From the NCBI GenBank assembly GCA_012295275.1, contig CM022673.1, forward strand, positions 13,206,001-13,270,000: a DNA stretch of 64,000 bases, written 5' to 3'. Shown in pieces: positions 53,520 to 64,000 of this stretch. A program made the position numbers and the translations under genes. The notes below the pieces were generated by a model. That model made no database searches and was not told the DNA's origin. It saw only the letters and a program-made list of their open reading frames with translations. How positions within the stretch are numbered: position 1 is the first letter of the stretch; each line of letters opens with the position of its first letter. Origin of the DNA: Chrysomallon squamiferum (Eukaryota > Animalia > Mollusca).

Positions 53520-53930
53520 AAACTCAATAACTGAGTCCATGACAGGCATGCATGAACTGTCCTTGAAACTACCAGCTGGTAGCCAGAGAGTATTAAAGCC
53601 TTTCACATCTCTGTCTTATTATTTAACTCTGCCCTGAAGTCATGATAAATAATTTATTAATAATGATATAATAACTGTTTTATTTATTATAACACACTAA
53701 CACTATATTCCATGATCGAGCCCATATCAGGGATGCATGAACTTTTCTTGGAAGTAACTACTTTTATATCACTGACTAACAATTTAACACTGTCATAAAG
53801 CCTCATTAAATTAATAATAATATAATTATTTAGTGGTTTATTTTTTTTTTTTTTTTTTTTTTATAACACCCTAACACCATACTTCATGACTGTGCCCATG
53901 ACAGGCATGCATGAACTTTTCTTGGACGTA
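53520..53930. repeat. ~180-bp tandem repeat, 2-3 copies
   Basis: CCATGACAGGCATGCATGAACT-type block at ~53537, 53722 and 53897, with similar intervening sequence. Confidence 0.85.
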
Positions 53931-54074
53931 AACTCATTACAGATGACTGATTGTCTGACTGTATGTTAATTCAAAGAAAAATGCCTGCAGTGATTTTTTT
54001 AACAGCACATTTATCTTGTTAACATCTTCAGAACTCTTGTGTAATTACACCAAATTGTTTTCATGACCTCAGAC

Positions 54075-54115
<41 letters not shown>

Positions 54116-54929
54116 AAAAAAAGAACCTAATTATTTTATCTTGGCCTATCCTGCCATTTTTGCCCAGGGCACGTAACTCTGACTGAAGTAAATTGGGAAA
54201 CCTCAGCTAACTTTAAAAGTGTTAAATACGGTAATGTATTTTACGACACAGTAAGTGTGTGTGTATATATATATTATGTTATTTCACTATCATGTGGTTG
54301 TTAATTTGAATTTCTACTCCAGTGCGTTTAAACACAATATTCCCAGTATGCTTCTTCATATACATCAAATATTTCTTTGTTGTCTTTGCTGTCTATAGTC
54401 TTTTTTAATACACACGACAAGATAAAACTAAACTAAATTAATATAATACAGGTTACTATTTTGAATAATGAATATAATAATGAATCGCTGAAATATTTTA
54501 ATAAAAATCAGTAATTCATTAACATTTTTGAAAATAAAAATTTTGTTTGATGTTAGTATCACTCATCTAATTCCGTACAAATGTACTTAGGCTAATCTCT
54601 GTGTTGTAAACTTTACTGAATGTTTCCCTTACAAATAAATGCTATAGACTTTTCCTGATCTGTCTTCTAAGATGCTGAATAAGACTTACGCGTTTATCTA
54701 GCTGACTTGTTTCAATGAAAAGAACACAAAGTCATAGTGACCATTTCTCAGACAAGAAGACGTAAAGCTTTTTTCTTTTATTTAAATTTTTATTTTTTAT
54801 TTTTTTATTTTCTAAACTTTTATTTTTATTTTTATTTTATTTTTTTACTTTTGTCATCAGTTTTTGACTCACACTGAGTAACATAGTTGAAAAGTTTCAG
54901 TTTTGGGGTTTTTTTTTTCTTTCTTTCTT

Positions 54930-54963
<34 letters not shown>

Positions 54964-54997
54964 TAGTTTTATTTTACTTTTGATTTAAATTTTTCAG

Positions 54998-55028
<31 letters not shown>

Positions 55029-55584
55029 GTCACATTTAATCAAAACAAAAAACATTTTTATACATTTGGCTTTCTGAAGTACTGGTTAGCCTAGTAAAGT
55101 TGAATTGACATATAAAGTTACTGAATTTATGTGTTGACACATTGGAAGTGTCAGCCAGGGTGAGTGCCACAACCCACAACTTTCTCTGCCAAGTGAACTG
55201 ACAAAAATAATCATTTTATTTCACGGTTTCAATAGACAAAGAAAGAAATGTGTATCATTTTAAAATTTACATCTGAAGAAATAAATTACCAAAAATGTCC
55301 AAATAGGAAAAGAAAAAGAAACACTACAAACAATTTTATGTACTTTCAGGAGAACAGTTGTTTTTTCTAAATATTTAAAAATAAAATCGTTATTTATGGA
55401 CACCGGTTAATTCATAGTTTTTTGTGTGTGGGAGGGGTTATGTTTATTATTATTATTATTTTGTTTTGTTTTACATTTTGTTTTGTGTTACGTTTTGTCA
55501 TTTATTTATTAATTTTTTTAATCATTAAATATAAATCATTTAATTTACATTTTTCTAGAACATAAATTGTTTAATAAATTTAGG

Positions 55585-55970
55585 TTTTGCAGTAGTAGGA
55601 GTTGCTGGTGGTGGTTGCGGTTGTAAAAGAAATTATAGATCACGTAGTATTAGTAGTAGTTGTTGTTGTTGTGCTAGTATTTGTATCAGTAATAGATAGC
55701 TATTATTGCTGTAATATCGGTAGTTATAGCAGCTTTTGATGTTGTAGTAGCTGTTGTAGTAATAAAAGTTAGCTGTTGTGTTGTACAGCTGTAGTAGCTG
55801 CAGTAGCTGTTATTAGGGTGCTGGTAGAGATAGAAACAGCAGTAGTAATTACAGTAGTAGTAGTAGTGGTGGTAATGTTAATGGTAGTAATAGTGGTAGT
55901 AGGAGTAGTGATATTGTAGAGTAGTAGTAGTAGTAGTAGTAATGTAGTAATAATGGTAGTACTTGTTGTT
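55585..55970. repeat. Degenerate (GTA)n trinucleotide region
   Basis: Cryptic GTA/GCA/GTT repeats. Confidence 0.8.
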
Positions 55971-58431
55971 GTAAAAACTAAAATAAATAAATTTACATAA
56001 CAATTTTTTCTCTCTCTCTCTCAAACTATCCATCTGTCTGCCTGCCTCTTTTGGATCTATATGCATATGTCTATCTATCTTTCTGTGTCTCTTTCTCTCT
56101 CTCTCTCTCATTCTCTCTTTTTCTCTACCTTTCACTAGATCTTACTCTCTTTTTCTCATTCACATTTCAAAAACAGATCAACAAATTGATCAAAACCTAA
56201 ACAGAAACATTAAATTTCTTCATCGTACCTTTCAGTTTTTATATGGTTCGTAAACTTCAGCATTAAAACATCGACATACCAAGACATGCAGGCAGAAGTC
56301 GTAAGAGTCATAAATATTTTATTTACTCAACAAGGTACTTCAGACTGGACAAAAAAGGAGAACAGTAGACTATGTTAAGACCAGGAAAAAACCATCTCCT
56401 GCTTTCAAGAGTCCTTGTAGCAGAGCATGAGAGGGTGCTTGTGTGCTCGTACGAAATCACAATGATTTTATTTCCATACAACAAATGGGCCTCCCACCCT
56501 GAACAAACAGTTTACCCGTGTCTGCTCAGCTTGTCGGTGTACTGCGAACAGAGTCAAGTGACAGAGTGGTTGTTAGTGTCGTTGGCCCTTTAAAGACTGC
56601 ACACTGTTCACTGTTAGAGTGACGTTTTGTAACATAACCAGCAACTAGACTAGTCTTTTGAGGATCGTTCTGTGTTCACACAGCTGTATTTAGAATAGCA
56701 GTATAATGCTAGCTTTTTAGGGATCGTAGTGTATTTATATAGAGAAGTGGTAATTAAACTTGACTAGCCTGATTTAGAGAAAGTATTTAAAAATAATAAA
56801 TTTGACTAGTCTTTAAGCTTAGAATAGCCACAAACCATCAGTTTAAGTAGGTTTTTTTTTTTTTACATATTTTACTGTCATCCCTTGTATAACAACATGG
56901 CTACCACTATAATCATCATTTACAAACAGTCACATTTAGTAATAATACATTCTGTGTATTAAATACAGTAATAGTTTATATACAATAGTAATAGGTTCAT
57001 TAAGTTACATAACGTCTTCAGGTATTAAATAATAAATTGTGTTATGTGTTTTTAAATAATACAGCAGAACAATTTTAATATTTGTAGAAGTGACTAGAAA
57101 ATAGATAATATATTTTTTAATGAAAAAATTTAATTTTTAATGCATCATCGTATTTATAAAAAATGAATCAGAAAAATATTTTGCAAATGCAAATATTTTC
57201 ATAGTAATTTCATTATATCATATAAATCTCTGAGAAATGTATTTTCTAGAATGGGAAAAAAATGTTACAAAAGATTTTTCATTAAGTCTATGAATGACAA
57301 CAGTTTTTAAAAAATAAAAGTATTTTACTAAGGAAACAAAAAATTAAAAATGTTTCAAAACAGAAAATCAATAAATGATTAATGTAACATGTTTACAGCA
57401 GGGGCTGTTATTTATAAAGGTAGGAAGTATCACTGAAGACAATGTAAGATAAGATAATAAAAGCCTATTTAAAACGATTGTAAAAGATATCAGTCAAACG
57501 AAGAAGAATAGAAAGTGGATTTTAAAAGATTTTAAAAAGAAAAAGAAATAAAGAAACAACAGAAGAAAAAAAAAAAAGAAAAAATAAAAACAATTTCAAA
57601 TTAAAAACTGAAGAACGGAGGAAAAAGTAAAAAGAAAAAACAACTTTTAAAAAAGAAAAAGATAATAATGAAATAAAATATGGATTAAAAAAAATATTTC
57701 AGAAACATAAGAATATATCATCTTTTGTTTGCCTATCTTTTAAATCTATTTTCATTCAATCTTTTTCACTAATGTTAATGAAATTTCATCTTCATTTTTT
57801 ATACATGATGAATATTTTTTGAAATTTAATATCACAGGCGTGATAACTACACAAAATATTTTAAAATGTACAAGAATTTAATGAAATTTCTTCCTATAAC
57901 TCGAATCTTCACATCACAGTTCTAACTAAACATGCAATAACCGGCATGCTGACAATTCCATTCCTAAATAACAGGTTATAAAACACATGTTAACTTAGCC
58001 ATGCAACCATAACCTGACCCCACATCGCCGTTTTAAAACAAATAAACACGTAATTACAGTTTGTTCCTCTAATTTGACTTCTGCACTGCTCCCGAAGCCA
58101 AAGGTCACATGTCCCCGTCTCATTTTACTTTACGACCTCCAGAATCATCCTGCACAATGCTGACTTAATTTTCTTTCATCTTGTTTCTTTGTAAAATGTG
58201 TTTGTCATGCTCCCTGTGAAAGGAAAATAAGCCAATTCCTCTATAAAAGCCATCATCAGGATGACCAGCCAGATTTATTTCTCTGGGGAGCCGAGTTTGA
58301 TGGTGGCTGTAAAGTAATGACAATGACATTGTCACAGATTATTTCTAAATTGGCTCCATTCTATGGAGCATCGTGGAGTACAAGGTGATATGTTGTGTCT
58401 GCATCATTACTGCAAGCATAGTGTGCATTGC

Positions 58432-59622
58432 TAGTCTATACATATAACTACAGACGCTGTACATTACCAGTCTGTACATTTAACTACACTGTACAAATGT
58501 CTGTACACATAACTACACTGTACAAATGTCTGTACATGTAACTACACTCTACATTACCAGTTTGTACACATAACTACAGACACTGTACATTACCAGTCTG
58601 TACAGTCACTATACATTTAAGTCTGTACACATAACTACGCTGTATTACCAGTCTGTACATTTAACTACACTGACACTGTACAGTCTGTCACTAGTCTGTA
58701 GACGCTACATAACTCTGTACATTTAACTACACTGTATATTACAGTCTGTACACATAACTACAGATGCTGTACATTACCAGTCTGTACATGTAACTACACT
58801 CTACATTACTAGTCTATACACATAACTACAGATGCTGAACATTACCAGTCTGTACATTTAACTACACTCTACATTACAGTCTGTTCACATAACTACAGAC
58901 GCTGTACATTACCAGTATGTACATTTAACTACACTGTACATTACAGTCTGTACACATAACTACAGATGCTGAACATTACCAGTCTGTACATTTAACTACA
59001 CTGTACATTACAGTCTGTACACATAACTACAGACGCTGTACATTACCAGTCTGTACATTTAACTACACTGTACATTACTAGTCTATACACATAACTACAG
59101 ATGCTGAACATTACCAGTCTGTACATTTAACTACACTGTACATTACAGTCTGTACATGTAACTACACACATTACAAGTCTGTATACATAACTACACTGTA
59201 CATTACCAGTTTGTACATATAACTACAGACAGACACTGTACATTACCAGTCTATACATTTAACTACACGGTACATTACCAGTCTGTACATGTAACTACAG
59301 ACACTGTACATCACCAGTCTGTACACATAACTACAGTCACGCTGAACATTACTAGTCTGTACACATAACTACAGACATTGTACATTACCAATCTGTACAC
59401 ATAATTACACTGTACATCACCAGTCTGTATAAATAACTTCAGTTACACTGAACATTACTAGTCTGTACACATAACTACAGACATTGTACATTACCAATCT
59501 GTACACATAACTTGACATTGTACATTACCAGTCTGTACACATAATTACACTGTACATATAACTACACACACTGTATATTACTAGTCTGTATATATAACTT
59601 CAGACACTAAACATTACCAGAT
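58432..59622. repeat. ~1.2-kb minisatellite with 31-36 bp monomers in a ~67-68 bp higher-order unit
   Basis: Alternating GTCTGTACACATAACTACAGA(C/T)GCTGTACATTACCA and GTCTGTACATTTAACTACACTGTACATTAC(T)A. Confidence 0.95.
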
Positions 59623-60379
59623 ATAAAATAAAATAAACACCATTCCTTTGCATCTTTGTATCCTACATTTTATTACCTTATTTGTTTATTTTTTTCAAAC
59701 AAAAAAGCTCTTCTGGTTAATGTAAGAAAACATTTTCCCCATTATCCTAACTATTTCAAAAAATCTAACTGCATTTTATACTAATGTTGATGTTACATGC
59801 AACTGAGAATGGTTTGTTTTTTTTTTTTTTTGTAATTTTTCTTTTTAAATATTTAAAAAAAAAAAACTTTGCAAAAATGTATGTCCATAATGTTGTCACA
59901 CAAGTTGATTTTGTTAAAATTTAAAGGTTTTCTGGTATTTTCCGATGTACATTAAGCTGTGTTAGTTTCACCATAGTGTTAAGTTTCAGGGATTATTGGT
60001 GTCTGTTTAGCTATGTGATTTATTTAGTACAATTACAAGGTTGACCAAAAAGCAAAGAGTAAATACAAAGAGAGAAACTAATCCGATGCCCATCCTAAAA
60101 ACAATTGTTTACTGTAATCGTATCACTGTTTTAAAAGTGGGTGGTGGATTTAAAAGTGGTTTTTTCATGATTTTTAAGTGTATTCATTACTTGATTTGGC
60201 ATCTTTTTGTTCAGAGGTTAAGTATAATTTTGTTTATTCACAACTGTTTTGCTCAAGAATTTTGCTTTTGTTTTTTAAATCTGGTTTTATTAAAGGCTGA
60301 ATACCACCCTTTATTTTGGAGTTAAATATATTTCCAGGGAAATATTTTTATTGTGAAGTCCAATAATCATGGGCTAACC

Positions 60380-60592
60380 TCAACCATATTTTTTATTCAG
60401 GCGGTTAAATACAATTGGTTTTATTCAAGGGTTAAACAAATTTTTATTCGAAGGTTAAACTACAGTTGGGTTTTTTAATTTAGGTGTTAAATATAGCTGT
60501 TTTTATTCATGGGTTAATTACAGCTATGTTCAGACAGTGGCTGAAAGTTTTTGTTTAGGGCTAAATAAAATTGCTTTGTGAAGGGGTTAACC
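60380..60592. repeat. Degenerate ~28-bp tandem repeat
   Basis: Recurrent TTTTATTCA.GGGTTAAA. Confidence 0.75.
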
Positions 60593-61096
60593 AAGGCTAC
60601 CGAGTGAATGAAAGATATGCGGAGATATTGAGTGACAGTAGGAGTATGTTAATAATGTGACACGTGTGTTCTATTTATACATCTCACAGCTGTTGGAAGG
60701 TATTCCGTGTTTTACATGTATTAAATACTCATTTCTACACACTGCTTAGTGTACATAGTCACAGACTCCTTTCATAACTTATTATTATTATTATTGTCAT
60801 TGCTGTTGTTGTTATTTTTACTGTAGTTATTATTATCGTCATCGTCATCATTACTGTTATGTTATCATTATGTTATTATAATCATTATTATGTTGTTATT
60901 ATTATTGCTATTATTAATGTTATTGTTATTATTATTATTATTATTATTATACTCTAAAATAATCTGAAACATACACGCATATACCTTTTTCCATTAAAAA
61001 AAATCTAATCATGCTTAAACTGAACATTAATAAAAAAAAAAATAAAAATAAATAAAAATTACTCCATCTTTATCTATCCGCCTCATAACATAAAAA

Positions 61097-61137
<41 letters not shown>

Positions 61138-61741
61138 TAAATCAGTCTTCTTTTTTAAAAGAGGTTACTACTTCCGTTATTAAAAACAATCATGGATAAC
61201 AGAAACAACGATATTTCGTTAAGCGTGTCTTTGTCACAAAATAAATATTGACAAAAATCGAAGGTGATAACTCTGGGCCTAATCAGTCCATTACTAAACA
61301 CTTTCCCGTTTGTTACCAGTCGCCAGTCAGTTTTTAACAGTCACTGCCTCGTCACTTCTCAATATCAATGTTTGGATTTCTTTCAGCGGTTATCGTTTAT
61401 CGGTTTTTCATTTGACACTTAAATTTATGATATTTCGATCCAACTGATTTGATGTGTCAAGGACCAACTGTTATGTCCGGTCTGTGTAAATATTTCCTTA
61501 TAAATTTCGATTTTATTTTATTTCTTTTGTTTTCTTTCTGTATTTTTTTTTACCTATATATAAAAGATTCTTTATTTCTCTGTCAGTTCTTTTTTTCCGT
61601 TTCTTTTTTTCTTTCTTTTCTTTTTATTCCTTCCTGTAGAATGATTTTTTTTCTTATTTTTTCCTTTCTTTTTTGTTTTATGAACCACTAGGAAATATGT
61701 CCATGTGTGTGTATGTATGTATGTGTATGCCTATATGTATG

Positions 61742-61778
<37 letters not shown>

Positions 61779-62665
61779 GCATGTATGTTTTATATGTATT
61801 GTCTATGTGTGTGTGTGTATGTGTAAATATATATCAGTCCACCTACCTGAATTTTAATTCATTTTAAAAAATATGTGTCTCTGTCTATCTGTTTATCTGT
61901 TTATATGTGCCTGTGTTTATATGCCAGTATTTACACATCCACATCTATAAAAACAAATTTTACATCTAAATTAAACTGAAAATAGTCTAGAAATTATTTA
62001 ATTTGCCACAATTTTTCCAGTGAACAAAACAGTGTTTGAAAGTTCTAGGTAACCTCTTGAATGAAGGAAAAACTATGTACGTCATTAAATACTTCCATTA
62101 TACGTTTTTATTTACTTTTTATTTTATTCAGAATGGGAATTTCTTCAACTTGCTTCGCTAATTACTTTCATTATATATTTTATTACTGTTTTTACTGTGT
62201 AAATATTATTTGTTGTACTTGATTATAAAGCACACACACTCATTACTCGGGTATTTCAGAGAGATGTCAGATACCAAATATAGATCACGTGCAGTGGGTA
62301 GTAAATACAGAAAAAAAAACATGGGTGTGTTGGTTTGATAACATTCAACTTTCTGGTTTCATTACATGGAAAGAATGATTGTTTCTTTGAAGATATTTCT
62401 GTAAAGATGTAATTTCATAAAGGAACATGGTTTTCGGTGTGTTTATGTTCTGATGAGAATGCTGATAAGTGAGGGTGTGAAATATTCTGAGTTTTTGTAA
62501 TATTTTAAATTACTTTAAGAACAGATTGAAAATTATTTTAAGATTTAATGGAAGAATGAATAAATTTGTGAAATAAAGAAAAGAATGAATTATATGCACT
62601 TTTCAAAAGATGGGGAAAAAAAAAAACTGAACTAATAACCTGTCATTTCATAGCCAAATACTCTT

Positions 62666-62668
<3 letters not shown>

Positions 62669-62712
<44 letters not shown>
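62669..62712. repeat. (TC)n microsatellite
   Basis: Perfect TC run followed by a TA run. Confidence 0.95.
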
Positions 62713-62726
<14 letters not shown>

Positions 62727-64000
62727 AAAAATGTGTCTGACTGTTTCTGTCTGTCTATACATATATATATATAGACAGACACATTTTATTTCTACCCACA
62801 TCAAAAACAATGCTAGTACAGCAATAAACAGTTACATTATAATTATAATATTCTTCCATAATTTATGTCACGAGTACAGTCTAAAATAACCAGTGCTTAT
62901 TAACCCAGTGTTGTGACAAAACTCAAGTATTTCATGGGGTGGAATACACACATTACAAAGATGATTAGTAACTGGAGAAGTAAAAAGAATTGTTCACTGA
63001 TGTATCTCATGACTTTTTTGTTGTCAGATTCCACAGCTGAATATTTCTATTAATTCCACGCGGGCCACATAATGGCCACAGATTGGAGAGAAGTGCATTG
63101 TAAGCTAGGGGCTAATCCAATGAATTTTTAAACTGGGAGTATTATAACAATAGTCACACACTGTATCAGTCAGTAGAACAGTGTGTAGCAATGGTTAACT
63201 GTGATCCAATGAATATTAAACAAGGATTTTGTGTCTTTGAAAAAAAAAAAAAAAAAAAAAAAGATTTTGTGATCTGTTTAGATTTATGTTCTACGATTCT
63301 TAACTGATAAACATCAAATGAATACTAAATTAGGAATTTGGGTCTTTTTGAAAAAGTTTGTGGTGCTGGTTTGGATGTTAGTTTGGATTAAGCCATAAAA
63401 GAAATATGAATACTTGACTGGAACAGTTGGTCTCTGAAAAATGATTATATGAGTGTCTGTTTAGATATATGGCCTAAGTCTGCTATTCTCACAGTTAAAA
63501 ACAACATCATTGATATTATTAGGGATATTTGGCCTTTCAGAAGAAGGTTAATTTACAAAACCTATATTAATATAAACTGGGGCATTAAAAAAAAAAGGTC
63601 ATGTTTAAGAAAGGTTATGGTTTGTTTAGATACATACATACATATACATACATAGATCCAAACGTGTACATACATTTTAATACATAATACATACATGCAA
63701 AGCTATGAATATACATATATATAAAATGTACTTAAATGGCCACACATGTCTATATTCAAAGCATATTTACACACACACATGTACACCAACATGCACAGTC
63801 ACACAGATAATATATATAACGTAGTAACACACACACACACACACATTTTGTCAAAGAATTAGGGTGTCATGTTTAAAAGTGTCAGTTGTGTTCCTGTGTT
63901 TTGTTAAAGAATTAAGGTCAGATGTAAATTCTGTTAAACACACCTCAACTGGTTTCCACACTCCTCAGAAACTCAGAGCCCAGGTTCTGCGCCAGCCATG

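Noticed and set aside
58432-59622. CRISPR-like array
   Set aside because: No unique spacers, no cas genes and a eukaryotic context. It is a minisatellite.

Overview
AT-rich eukaryotic genomic DNA (roughly 30% GC by eye), dense in microsatellites. No recognisable protein-coding gene, rRNA, tRNA, CRISPR array or autonomous transposon ORF. Almost all ORFs in the supplied track are translations of low-complexity repeats. The window alternates between simple repeats, degenerate tandem arrays, decayed copies of one SINE-like family, and short higher-complexity islands that look regulatory. From memory the SINE resembles a very abundant gastropod mollusc SINE; this is unverified. The best interpretation is the interior of a giant intron. 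The strongest single signal is a near-perfect recursive splice site (ratchet point) on the minus strand at 43579/43578: CTAAC branch point, long pyrimidine tract, CAG|GTAAGT, and a cryptic donor 41 nt downstream. Other notable signals are three exact copies of a GC-rich 15-mer (GTGGCAGTCCTCTTG) whose core is also amplified in a nearby tandem array, repeated dense CAGGT[A/G] clusters, two tandem arrays built from different parts of the same SINE, a possible 162-nt frame-preserving exon, and two promoter-like islands. Coordinates were counted by hand, and the ends of degenerate repeats are approximate.
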